64,000 bases of DNA, taken from Alkalispirochaeta sp. Lineage in GTDB: Bacteria; Spirochaetota; Spirochaetia; DSM-27196; Alkalispirochaetaceae. A program made the translations under genes and the position numbers. The stretch is from positions 480,001 through 544,000 of the forward strand of contig OZ271854.1 of NCBI GenBank assembly GCA_965601925.1, given 5' to 3'. Below the pieces are notes generated by a model, which saw only the letters and a list, made by a program, of their open reading frames with translations, had not been told where the DNA came from and ran no database searches. Within the stretch, counting starts at the first letter, position 1. Each line of letters begins with the position of its first letter. This document shows, piece by piece, positions 38,673 through 47,950 of the stretch.

Positions 38673-41240
38673 ATGAAACAAAGACGTTTTTCGGGGATGC
38701 CGTTCATGCTCGCCGCAGCGGCCGCGATATTTCTATTCACCGGCTGTCCCAACCCGCTCGGCGGCGGAGGAGGAGGCGGTGGAGGAGACGATGGTGGAGG
38801 CGGCGGGACGCCGCAAGTTACGGCGGCGCCCTCCTTCTCACCCACGACGGGAACCTACGGCGCCGATATCGCCGTAATGCTTGCGAGCGAAACCGACGGT
38901 GCCACGATCTACTTCACTACCGACGGCTCGGAACCGACCACCGGCTCCGCGGTATATACCGCGCCCATTCCGGTGGCCGGCAACGGGACGGTGATCGCGA
39001 TTCGCGCCTTTGCGGCCGCCGCGGGCTTCAGTCCCAGCGCGCCGGTCGAGGCGGTATTTACCATCGACTACGGACGAGTTTCCACGCCGCAGTTCGACCC
39101 GCCCGCGGGCACCTACGGCTCCGATATCGCCGTCTCGATCTCGACGATGACGGCCGGTGCGACGATTCACTACACCACCGACGGAAACGAGCCGACGACC
39201 GCCTCGCCGGTGTTTGATCCCGCATCGCCGATTGCGGTGGCGGGGAGCGGCTCATCGCGCACCATCCGCGCCCTTGCGGTTGTACCGGGACTCGATCCGA
39301 GCACGGTCGCCGACGGGGTGTTCATCGTCGATTACCCCGACGTCGCCACGCCGACATTCTCGCCGGCGCCGGGCACCTACACGAACGATCAACTCGTATC
39401 GCTCTCAACCACGACCGCCGGCGCAACGATCTACTACACGACAGACGGCCAAGCGCCGACTACCGGCTCGCCGGTATACAGCACGCCGATCGCCGTTGCC
39501 GGCAACGGTGCGTCGGCGACAATCAAGGCGCTCGCCGTGGCGCCCGGCTTTGACGATAGCGCCGTGGCGGAGGGCACCCTCACCGTCGCCTACGCTCCGG
39601 CTGCCACCCCGACCGTCACCGAGCCGCCCCGGCCGTGGGTCAGCGGCCGCCGCTGGTGGCTTGAAAGCAGCCCCGGCGCGACGATCTACTACACGACCAA
39701 CAACTCGGCGCCGCTCGACGTCTCAGGCAACCCGACCGGCGCCGCGCAGGTCTACAATCCCACGCAGGGAGTCCAACTCACCACGCCGGACACCGGCCCG
39801 ACCACCCATACGATCCGCGCGGCGGCCACCGGCGCAGGCTACCTGCCGAGTGCCGAGCTCAGCCAGAGCTTCGAGGTGATTCCCGGGCGGGTGCTGGGCA
39901 ACCTGAGCGGGCCGGATTTTGGCACCCTCGTTAGAGATCTCCCGGAGGGACTCACCGTTACGTGGCGGCAGGACACAACTATTCAATTTGTCCCTGTGAT
40001 GCCTCGAATACGTGTACGACAAGACCTCATCTTCGATGCCGGTGGGTTCGACGTTGTCTTTGACTACGGCTTTACCTCCGCCTCCGGTGGCATACACATC
40101 ATGGTAGGCGACCTCTCCGCGATCAATGTCCCTGATCCCAGCGTTCAGGCGACGCTCATCATGCGCGGTATTACGATACGGGATTTCGCCACCCAGTTCC
40201 GTGGAGGCGCCGTGCGGGTGAACCCTGGGAGCACGTTTATTGCCCAGAACGTTCAATTCGATGGCAACGTCGCCGGCGCCTCTCCCGCCAACGCAGACTC
40301 CGCCGGAGGCGCGATCGCCAATGAGGGTACGCTCGTGGTAGAGGACAGCGTCTTTGTTGGAAACAGAGCACCGGGAGGCGGCGCGATCGCAAACTTCAGC
40401 GGAGGAACGGCAACGATCCGACGGAGCCGCTTTCTGGGCAATTCCCTGGCGAGCTTCAACTCCGCGACACAGTACATATCCGGCGGTGCGATCCTCGCAA
40501 TCGGCGGCACCGTCAACGTTGTCGACAGTTTCTTTGCCGGGAACGAAAGCGATCTTGGTTCAGCATTTGGAGCTATACAGTACGGTGGCGCACTTTCGGC
40601 ATTCGACGGCACGATTAACGTGCAGGGTTCTCAGTTCGCCGGTAATACTGCGGACGTGGGCGCCGCCGTGTATCTGAGCGACGAGAGCACGCACAGCGGT
40701 TCGATACGCATCTCCTCCTCCGCCTTCTATGATAATTCTTCGCTAAGTTTCAATCCTAACATCTTCGATTCCATTATCTCCGCCGGCGTAGCCGGCGGGA
40801 CTGTGGCGGCGAGGCTCGATATTCGTTCTTCAACCATCGTCGACAACACCCCGTTTTCAATAAACGGCTCGTTTAGTGAACCACCGATCCTGGCGCCCAA
40901 TCTGTTGGTGATTAACACCACGGTAGGGAACGGCGACTTCCAGAACAGCTTTGTCCAAACCGGCGTCAACACCGCCGACATCTTCGTCGCCCTGCCGGAC
41001 AAAGGGCCCGACAACACATGGGGCACTAACGACGACGTAGCCGGCGACTTCCGGTTGCGTAGCTCGGCGGACCCGGCAATACGAAGCGGCGTGATCAACG
41101 CCGGCGCCAGTGCCTTGCGCGCGACCGACTTCGCCGACGCCGACGGCGACGGCAACACCGGCGAGAACGAGCCGCTGGACCTGGCCGGAAACAGCCGCGT
41201 TCAGGGCGGCACGATCGACATCGGCGCGGTGGAGCACTAA
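38673..41240 (+). CDS. Surface lipoprotein: 4 chitobiase/Fn3-associated repeats + right-handed beta-helix + choice-of-anchor-Q-like C-terminus
   Basis: Lipobox FTGC-PNP, Gly linker, repeats PxFxP..GTY..GATIYYTTDG, GGAI/FxGN repeats, ending DLAGNSRVQGGTIDIGAVEH. Confidence 0.85.
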   Translation: MKQRRFSGMPFMLAAAAAIFLFTGCPNPLGGGGGGGGGDDGGGGGTPQVTAAPSFSPTTGTYGADIAVMLASETDGATIYFTTDGSEPTTGSAVYTAPIPVAGNGTVIAIRAFAAAAGFSPSAPVEAVFTIDYGRVSTPQFDPPAGTYGSDIAVSISTMTAGATIHYTTDGNEPTTASPVFDPASPIAVAGSGSSRTIRALAVVPGLDPSTVADGVFIVDYPDVATPTFSPAPGTYTNDQLVSLSTTTAGATIYYTTDGQAPTTGSPVYSTPIAVAGNGASATIKALAVAPGFDDSAVAEGTLTVAYAPAATPTVTEPPRPWVSGRRWWLESSPGATIYYTTNNSAPLDVSGNPTGAAQVYNPTQGVQLTTPDTGPTTHTIRAAATGAGYLPSAELSQSFEVIPGRVLGNLSGPDFGTLVRDLPEGLTVTWRQDTTIQFVPVMPRIRVRQDLIFDAGGFDVVFDYGFTSASGGIHIMVGDLSAINVPDPSVQATLIMRGITIRDFATQFRGGAVRVNPGSTFIAQNVQFDGNVAGASPANADSAGGAIANEGTLVVEDSVFVGNRAPGGGAIANFSGGTATIRRSRFLGNSLASFNSATQYISGGAILAIGGTVNVVDSFFAGNESDLGSAFGAIQYGGALSAFDGTINVQGSQFAGNTADVGAAVYLSDESTHSGSIRISSSAFYDNSSLSFNPNIFDSIISAGVAGGTVAARLDIRSSTIVDNTPFSINGSFSEPPILAPNLLVINTTVGNGDFQNSFVQTGVNTADIFVALPDKGPDNTWGTNDDVAGDFRLRSSADPAIRSGVINAGASALRATDFADADGDGNTGENEPLDLAGNSRVQGGTIDIGAVEH

Positions 41241-41250
41241 GGAGAACGTG

Positions 41251-42798
41251 ATGCATCAACCAAAGCGAATCATCTGGGCCGGCGCCCTGCTGCTGGCCCT
41301 CACCCTCGTATCGGCCGGGTGCCCCAACCCGGCGGGTGGTGGTAACGACGGCGATCCCGACGGAGGAGACGATCCACCGCCGGATACCACCCCACCCGGG
41401 CCCGTGAGCGGCCTCGGCGCCAGCGTCCTCAGCGCCACCCAAATCGAGCTTGCGTGGACCGACCCGGCGGACGCGGACCTAGCGGCGATCGTGGTGCGTT
41501 GGTCGCCGGGGCGCGACTCCGACACTCCGCTGCGGATCGACCCGGGAAGCGGTACCACCGTTGTCGCCGGGCTGCTCCCCGAGACCGCCTACACCCTCGC
41601 CGTTGTTGCGCTAGACGAATCGGGTAACGCCTCCGGCCCGACGGAGGCGACCGGTACGACCCTCGTGGTCACCTTCTCCGCGGGCACCGAGATCACCAAC
41701 GCAGCCGACGGCGCCCGGTCGGTCTACGCCGCAGACCTCGACGGCGACGGTGACATCGACGTCCTGTCGGCTTCGGCCGGCTCTACCGACGACCGCGTCA
41801 CTTGGTACGAGAATACCGACGGGAACGGCGCCTTCTCCACCGGCACCGACATCACCACCTCGGAGATCGGCGGTCCGACTGCGGTCTTTACCGCCGACTT
41901 GGACGGCGATGGCGATGCGGATGTGCTCTCGGCGTCCCAAGATAACGCTCGTATCGCGTGGTTTGAAAACAATGGGTCCGGCCTCTTCTCGGCCGCTCAG
42001 GACGTCGCGGCTCCGGGGGGTAGCGAGGACGCAGCGCGAAGCGTATTTGCCGTCGACCTGGACGGCGACGGGGATCTTGACGTCCTGGCGGCCATAGGGG
42101 GCGACCCGACTAGTCGCGTCACGTGGTACGAAAATACTGGCGGCACCTTCTCGGCGGGCGTCGACATCACCACAGCGGTCGACGGTCCCCGGTCGGTCTA
42201 CGCCGCAGACCTCGACGGCGACGGCGACCCGGACGTGCTCTCGGCTTCCGGGTTCGACGATCGCATTGCGTGGTACCAGAACACCGGCGGCACCTTCGCG
42301 ACCGGGACGGACATCGCGAGCCCGGCAAAGGGCAACGGCGCCGATTCCGCCTCTGCGGTCTACGCCATCGACCTCGACGGAGACGGGGACATCGATGTGC
42401 TCTCGGCTTCCGGATTCGACGATCGCATCGTCTGGTACGAGAACACCGACGGGAATGGAACCTTCTCCACAGGTACGGAGATCGCAAGCCCACCCAACGG
42501 TAACCCTGCCGATGGCGCCGAGGCGGTCTACGCCATCGACTTGGACGGAGACGGCGACGCCGATGTGCTCTCAGCCTCCTCAGGTGACGATCGCATCGTG
42601 TGGTATGAGAACAACGGTTCCGGCATCTTCTCCGCCGGAATCGACATCGCAGGCACGGCACTGGGCAACCCCGCCGACGCGGCCAACTCAGTCTACGCCG
42701 TAGACATAGACGGTGACGGCGATGCCGACGTGCTGTCGTCTTCCCAAAACGACGGTCGCATCGTGTGGTACGAGAACCGGGCGGTGGTGGCGCAGTAG
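41251..42798 (+). CDS. Surface lipoprotein: Fn3 domain + FG-GAP/VCBS beta-propeller
   Basis: Lipobox SAGC-PNP, Fn3 (WTDP..GLLPETAY..DESGN) and seven DLDGDGDxDVL...WYEN repeats. Confidence 0.88.
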   Translation: MHQPKRIIWAGALLLALTLVSAGCPNPAGGGNDGDPDGGDDPPPDTTPPGPVSGLGASVLSATQIELAWTDPADADLAAIVVRWSPGRDSDTPLRIDPGSGTTVVAGLLPETAYTLAVVALDESGNASGPTEATGTTLVVTFSAGTEITNAADGARSVYAADLDGDGDIDVLSASAGSTDDRVTWYENTDGNGAFSTGTDITTSEIGGPTAVFTADLDGDGDADVLSASQDNARIAWFENNGSGLFSAAQDVAAPGGSEDAARSVFAVDLDGDGDLDVLAAIGGDPTSRVTWYENTGGTFSAGVDITTAVDGPRSVYAADLDGDGDPDVLSASGFDDRIAWYQNTGGTFATGTDIASPAKGNGADSASAVYAIDLDGDGDIDVLSASGFDDRIVWYENTDGNGTFSTGTEIASPPNGNPADGAEAVYAIDLDGDGDADVLSASSGDDRIVWYENNGSGIFSAGIDIAGTALGNPADAANSVYAVDIDGDGDADVLSSSQNDGRIVWYENRAVVAQ

Positions 42799-42913
42799 GC
42801 GGAATCCCTGAGTGGGTGATCCGCGCCTTTTTCCCGTGGGCACCTATCCGGAACCGTAACGTCGAGATCGGCATAGATCAGTACGAACAGATAAGAGCAC
42901 CGAGGAGCGCGGG

Positions 42914-44368
42914 ATGAAGAAGCACGAAACGAAGAGTAAAACGAACCGCCGCGGCCAACGGAAGCCCGCGAGCCTTGTCGCCCTCGCCGCGCTCATCGTG
43001 GCCCTGACGGTGGTCTTGGCCGGCTGCCCGAACCCCGCCGGCGGCGGGAGCAACAACGGAGGCGGGGGCGGGGGCAACGACGGACCCGGCGACGGAGGTG
43101 GCCCCGGCGGCGGGGACCCCGGAGGCGATCCGGGCGGTGGAGACGGTGGCGGAACCGCTCCCGTCTGGCGCGAGATCGACACACTTTTCGCCGACGCCCC
43201 CGGCTCCTTTGACGCAATGGGAACCGCCGTGGCGGTGAGCGGCGACACGGCGATCGTAGGCGCCCCCAACCGAGACGGTCCGGCTCGCGATACGGGAGCG
43301 GCATACATCCTTGTGCGCACAACCGACGGGCAGTGGAATCTCCAACAGATGATCACCCCCGCTACCGACGCCGCGCTCGACGACTTCTTCGGAACCAGCG
43401 TCGCCATAGATGGCGACACGGCGGTGGTCGGCGCACCGGGGAAGGACGATGGGGCCTCTCTCAACGCCGGCGCAGCCTACGTCTTTGTGCGCGGCGCGGG
43501 CGGGCAGTGGACCGAGCAAGAGAAGCTGACCGCAGGCATGTCTGCCCAAGCCGGGGCGGAGTTTGGCTCCGCTGTGGCGGTACACGGCACCGCGGCGATA
43601 GTGGGCGCGCATAGAGAAGACCTTGGCGCGTTCACAGACGCCGGGGCGGCCTACGTCTTCGAACGCGACGGCACCGGCCAATGGGGCGATCCGCAGCGGT
43701 TGATCGGCGATACAAACCTTTCAAACGGCGGCGACCGGTTTGGAGTCAGCGTATCGATCACCGCCGGCACCGCCATCATCGGTGCCCCGGGGGTTGATGA
43801 ACCGGGCCCGAGCGGCGCCGCAAACGTCGGCGCAATGTACCTTTCTATCCGCGGGGCAACCGATTGGTCCCCAACTGTCAAATACACCGCGTCCGACGGC
43901 ACGGCTGGCGACCGGTTCGGCAGCAGCGTCGCGATCAGCGGCCAGACGGCGATCGTCGGCGCAGTGGCCGGCGACGCCAGCTTCGACGTTGCCGACAGCG
44001 GGGCGGCGTACGTTTTCGGATTCAACCCCGACACGGGAACCTACGTTGAAGAAGAGAAACTCATCGCCTCGGACGCCGCATTTCTAGACGCCTTTGGCGC
44101 CGGCGTCGCCATCAGCGGCAACACCGCGATCGTCGGCGCTCCTGATAACGACCTGAACTCATCCGACGAGGGCGCGGCATACATCTTTACCTCCGACGGC
44201 GCCGGGGGTTGGAGCGAGACCGCCAGCCTTCTAGCGTCGGGCGGCGCGGGCGAAGACCAGTTGGGAACGAGCGTCGCCATAAGCGGTATCACCGCCGTCA
44301 TCGGAGCGCCGGGCCTTGACCAGGGTGCAAACAACGCCGGAGGGGCGTACCTCTTTCGGTTTGAGTAA
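42914..44368 (+). CDS. Surface lipoprotein with FG-GAP_2 (integrin-alpha-like) beta-propeller
   Basis: Lipobox LAGC-PNP, Gly/Pro/Asp linker and seven FGxSVAISGxTAIVGA...GAAYVF repeats. Confidence 0.88.
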   Translation: MKKHETKSKTNRRGQRKPASLVALAALIVALTVVLAGCPNPAGGGSNNGGGGGGNDGPGDGGGPGGGDPGGDPGGGDGGGTAPVWREIDTLFADAPGSFDAMGTAVAVSGDTAIVGAPNRDGPARDTGAAYILVRTTDGQWNLQQMITPATDAALDDFFGTSVAIDGDTAVVGAPGKDDGASLNAGAAYVFVRGAGGQWTEQEKLTAGMSAQAGAEFGSAVAVHGTAAIVGAHREDLGAFTDAGAAYVFERDGTGQWGDPQRLIGDTNLSNGGDRFGVSVSITAGTAIIGAPGVDEPGPSGAANVGAMYLSIRGATDWSPTVKYTASDGTAGDRFGSSVAISGQTAIVGAVAGDASFDVADSGAAYVFGFNPDTGTYVEEEKLIASDAAFLDAFGAGVAISGNTAIVGAPDNDLNSSDEGAAYIFTSDGAGGWSETASLLASGGAGEDQLGTSVAISGITAVIGAPGLDQGANNAGGAYLFRFE

Positions 44369-44712
44369 CTCCGACTCGCACGCGGGCTCATAAAGCAAAA
44401 GAAAGTCGCGGTTTCGCGGAGGGCCGCCACGACACCGGCGCCTATGAGCGGCAGTAGGGCACGCTTGCCTCCGGTGTCCCTTCGACCATTCCGCGCCGAG
44501 CAGGCGTAGCCTAAAGCTCCCGGCGGAGGCGGCCGGACCCCGGCGGTAGCGGCGATGACGCAGCAACGGTGAATCGCGGAAGCGGAACACGATTGACGCA
44601 GAGTACCGCAAGGAATACCATCTAAGGCTCTGATGCCGAGTGCTTGCCGACGGCTCTTACGGCGTCCGCCGATCTTATCGAGAACAAGAACGGGCACGAT
44701 GTGTTCGTCACG

Positions 44713-45366
44713 CTATCTCGTCAGTCGATATCCCGCGGTCAGCGTGAACAGCGGTACGACACCGGAGGCGCCGCCGGTCTCGCCGAACGCAAGCAACACC
44801 GGAACCTCGAAGCGTACGTCGAATCCGTTCGCAAAGGCATACCCGGCCCCCACATTGAATAGCGCACCGCCTACACCGCCCTCAAACGTGTCGCGGCTTC
44901 CGCCGTCCGGGAGCAGTTCGCCCAACGAGGTGTCCGTGTCACTGGTTTCCTCCCAGTATACTCCGATGTAAGCCAGACCGAAGCCGCCGACGAGATACCA
45001 CGCGGACGCTTCGGCCTCGTATCCGTAGAGATAGTTGACGAGGACGGCGACCGCGGTGACTTCCGTCGTCTCCTCGTACTCGTTGAATCCGTTGTCGGTA
45101 GTCTCTTCGAAACGCCCATAGTAGGCCACCAGCCCGGCCTCCGCGTCGTCACGAATCAAGTGGTTGATCCCACCTCCGAACGCGACACCGGCAAACGTGA
45201 TATCGGCCCCGATTCCCGCCCGCAGGCCGAGACCGTCGCCCACCTCACGCTGGCCACCCGACTCCGACGATTGCAGGCGCCGTAGGTCGTCACGATATGG
45301 CGATTTCGCAGCGATCGTTACGATAAGACCGCACATCAGCGCAACCAGTATTACACCGTGTTTCAT
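44713..45366 (-). CDS. Outer-membrane beta-barrel protein
   Basis: Signal peptide, alternating amphipathic strands (FNVGAGYAF, FDVRFEV) and terminal LTAGYRL. Confidence 0.7.
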   Translation of the reverse strand: MKHGVILVALMCGLIVTIAAKSPYRDDLRRLQSSESGGQREVGDGLGLRAGIGADITFAGVAFGGGINHLIRDDAEAGLVAYYGRFEETTDNGFNEYEETTEVTAVAVLVNYLYGYEAEASAWYLVGGFGLAYIGVYWEETSDTDTSLGELLPDGGSRDTFEGGVGGALFNVGAGYAFANGFDVRFEVPVLLAFGETGGASGVVPLFTLTAGYRLTR

Positions 45367-45479
45367 AGTACCCCCAATTCACCACGTACGAGCTGTGGGT
45401 ACCCATATGTTACCACGTGACGACACACTCACGAGATCTCTCATACATCCGGCGCCGAGGGTCCTGCTCGCACGCCGAC

Positions 45480-46080
45480 GGCTCCATCGGCAGGGTGCGC
45501 TGGATGATCGAACGGCGCGCCGCGTCGTCCTGGACGACTCTCATATCGACCTCATTCGTCCCAAGGAGCGCCCCCTGGATATAGAAAACGGCCGTATGAT
45601 CTTCTATCAAGATGATCGGCTCGACCTCGTCTCAGAGACGGCCCGCGAGCGGTCGGCGATCTCCTTGGGAGTCATGCGTAGTCTCGACCTGACGACGGGA
45701 GCGTTCGCCACCCGCTTTTCACACGATGGTCACAATATGCTCATCGTCGGACGCGATCCCGACGAAATGGCTGGCACGGCCGACGCGCTCCACCGGCAGC
45801 GAGGCGGTATGGTATCGATCGAGCACTCGCCCATCGCCGTGGGCCTCGATCTGTCGGTGATATCACTGTTGAACGGCGGGCCAGCCTTGGAGGTTGCCGA
45901 CGAGCTTGCTCATTTGAAGAATACTCATCGCCGTCTCGGCATGACCCACGATCGCCCCTTTCTCATCCTGTCGCTCCTATCCTATCGGTGAGCCCGTTGT
46001 ACACGTTCTCCGATCTCGGCCTCCTCGATACCGCGGCGCGGGCCGTTCTCGCCCCCCTCGTCGAGGACGACGGTAGGTGA
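45480..46080 (+). pseudogene. Adenine deaminase C-terminal remnant (5' boundary approximate)
   Basis: GAFATRFSHDGHNMLIVG..EM..GGMV..LG..PFLILSLLS, then a frameshift at ~45981 into SVSPLYTFSDLGLLD, stop at 46080. No N-terminal amidohydrolase domain. Confidence 0.75.
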
Positions 46081-46084
46081 TACG

Positions 46085-46310
46085 CGACCGCCGGCCGGCC
46101 AGAGGAGGACCGGGGCCTCGGCGTCGTGGCCCCACCGGCAGCCACCGGCGGGTCCCGAGGATCTCCACCTCTTCCAGGGCGGCGATACTCCCCGGCACCG
46201 CTTCTCCCTCTTCCGTGGTGATGGGGGGGTGTTGCGGCGCACGCCCCGGCCACTCGACGACCTCTCGGCCGGGCGCGACAGCACCCGGTATATCGGTCAC
46301 ATTGTTCCAT
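46085..46310 (-). pseudogene. Frameshifted, truncated secreted alpha/beta hydrolase (proline iminopeptidase-like N-terminus)
   Basis: SD GGAGG + ATG 46310. Joining three frames gives ..GACAATPP/ITTEEGEAVPGSIAALEEVEILGTRRWL/GHDAEAPVLLWPAGG, matching TPPI..G..PGSIA.LE.V..G..QW...G.D...PVLL.L.GGPG. Confidence 0.65.
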
Positions 46311-46367
46311 ACGTCCTCCAATCGGATAGAGTCGATCCATGGATACTCCGCAGCGCGTCATCGAGAA

Positions 46368-46385
46368 ATCGGACGTATGTATGAT
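46368..46385 (-). promoter_or_regulatory. Putative LuxR box ATCATACATACGTCCGAT
   Basis: 14/18 identical to the box at 47875 and at a similar distance (58 vs 59 nt) from a start codon. Confidence 0.55.
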
Positions 46386-46443
46386 TCGAGCAGTATGTCA
46401 AGTATCGTCGGTCCGTCAGAACCGCTCATACGGATACATGAGG

Positions 46444-47364
46444 CTACCCCCCGGAAAGAATGCGGAGCAGTTCGACACGAGTGGCCGCGCCGGTCTTCTT
46501 GAAGACGTTGTAGACGTGGGTGCGAACCGTCGTAAAGGAGACGCGTAGCCTCTCGGCAATCTCCCTATTGGATAGTCCTCGACTTAGGTGGGTAATGACC
46601 TCCGCCTCCCGGGGGCTGATACCGTACCGTTTGAGGGCCTCTTCCGGGACTCCCCCGTCGGCAAAGATGTCAACGGGGTGGGTTAAGTACCTGATAAAAC
46701 CGGTAATCGCTACGACGTTCCAAGCGAGATAGAGAATGAAGTTCAAGGCGACCGTCGGCGTCAGGTCGATTCGAAGAGCCTCGACAACGGCGGTCGCGGC
46801 TATCGAGAGGACCGAAAAACCGATTAGCATCAACCCCAGACCGCGAATCAGGAAGCGAACCGTCGGATGCGCCACTCCCCCGACCGCCCCCTGCAACCGC
46901 CGGCCGCAGTACGCCAGATAGAGAGATGCGACGGTAACGGAGACGATCAAGGCGATGGCGGCGCGGTCCGATACCCAGGCGACCGCTCTTTCGTCTACGG
47001 TCGGCATAACTCCAAATAAAAGATAGCTCGCCGCGACGGCAAGTATCAGAAGCGATAGGAGCCACCGTGGGCTTTGAGGAGAGACCCAACGTACGATAAG
47101 CGCAATACCGCCGTAGATAGCCAAGACGATTGCGAGGTTTATGAGATGGACAAGCCCTCCGAAGGAAAGGGTATACACGACGATCGATCGGAGGTAGAAA
47201 AGCGCGAGGAAAAAGAGCAGCCCGAGGGCAAAGGCGCCTATGACGAACATCACGACCAAGAGCAACCGTTCCCGAATACGGTACCAAAGAATCCCGGTAA
47301 CGGTCACACCGGCAAAGCCGGTAGCCAACATCACGATGTAGAGAAAGAGCTGCAGATGCTCCAT
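46444..47364 (-). CDS. Membrane-anchored LuxR-family regulator (multi-TM + HTH)
   Basis: About 7 hydrophobic helices followed by ISPREAEVITHLSRGLSNREIAERLRVSFTTVRTHVYNVFKK. SD GGAGG. Confidence 0.9.
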   Translation of the reverse strand: MEHLQLFLYIVMLATGFAGVTVTGILWYRIRERLLLVVMFVIGAFALGLLFFLALFYLRSIVVYTLSFGGLVHLINLAIVLAIYGGIALIVRWVSPQSPRWLLSLLILAVAASYLLFGVMPTVDERAVAWVSDRAAIALIVSVTVASLYLAYCGRRLQGAVGGVAHPTVRFLIRGLGLMLIGFSVLSIAATAVVEALRIDLTPTVALNFILYLAWNVVAITGFIRYLTHPVDIFADGGVPEEALKRYGISPREAEVITHLSRGLSNREIAERLRVSFTTVRTHVYNVFKKTGAATRVELLRILSGG

Positions 47365-47481
47365 GGTGCCTCCTCCCGTATTGTACTATTGTGTCAGGCA
47401 TCTTCAAAAAGTAATTTTTCTGAAAATGTAGGGACCTTTAGAAATCATAATTATATACCATGCATGCAATTATCATTTTGA

Positions 47482-47627
47482 CCCGGACGCATGGGCGAGC
47501 AGCAATCCGACAGGATTGCGACCAGCCCCGGACGCATGGGCGAGCAGCAATCCAACAGGATTGCGACCAGCCCCGGACGCATGGGCGAGCAGCAATCCGA
47601 TAGGATTGCGACCAGCCCCGGACGCAT
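47482..47627. repeat. Tandem array of 45-bp hairpin units (3 full copies + 11-bp partial)
   Basis: Unit CCCGGACGCATGGGCGAGCAGCAATCC-RAYA-GGATTGCGACCAGC starts at 47482, 47527 and 47572, with a partial at 47617. Only the loop bases differ (GACA, AACA, GATA). Confidence 0.95.
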
Positions 47628-47874
47628 CTGGATGTGTTCCTCAGGGCTTCGTCCTTCCGGTACACATCCGGGGGCAGAGGCTCGCGTTCCTCGCGCTTCG
47701 CCCTGCAGTACGCGAGCGGGACAGGCAACAACCGAAGGCTGTGACCAGCCTCGCTATTACGGCTCTTGCAAAATGCTATTTTGAAAGGGCCTCCATTTCA
47801 TTTCTTGAACTGTCAACGCTTCCGTCCCTCATATCTCTGTCCTAGGGCTCCCGCCCGCGAGGACGCCGGGGCAA

Positions 47875-47892
47875 ATCATACGAATGTCGGAT
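47875..47892 (+). promoter_or_regulatory. Putative LuxR box ATCATACGAATGTCGGAT
   Basis: Imperfect palindrome 59 nt upstream of the beta-barrel ATG, paired with the 46368 copy. Confidence 0.55.
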
Positions 47893-47950
47893 GGGAGATT
47901 ATCTCTCGCGAACCTACCCTATGCTCAAGACTTAACACGGAGGTGTTCAC

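Noticed and set aside
41700..42780. Near-identical DNA repeats as a DGR template/variable-repeat pair
   Set aside because: They are explained by FG-GAP protein repeats. There is no reverse transcriptase gene and no evident adenine-specific mismatch pattern.
44369..44712. Intergenic region as a riboswitch or small gene
   Set aside because: It lies between convergent genes and has only short inverted repeats (GCTCATA/TATGAGC), with no known aptamer consensus or credible ORF.
45164..45991. 275-aa ORF as an intact gene
   Set aside because: Its 5' part is antisense to the beta-barrel gene. Only the 3' part resembles adenine deaminase, and that part is frameshifted.
47482..47627. CRISPR array interpretation of the 45-bp repeats
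   Set aside because: Units are contiguous with no unique spacers, and no cas genes are in the window.
47491..47784. ORF with repeated MGEQQSDRIATSPGR peptide (possible RiPP precursor)
   Set aside because: A 45-bp unit stays open in several frames on both strands. There is no SD and no modifying enzymes nearby, and the conservation follows the hairpin.
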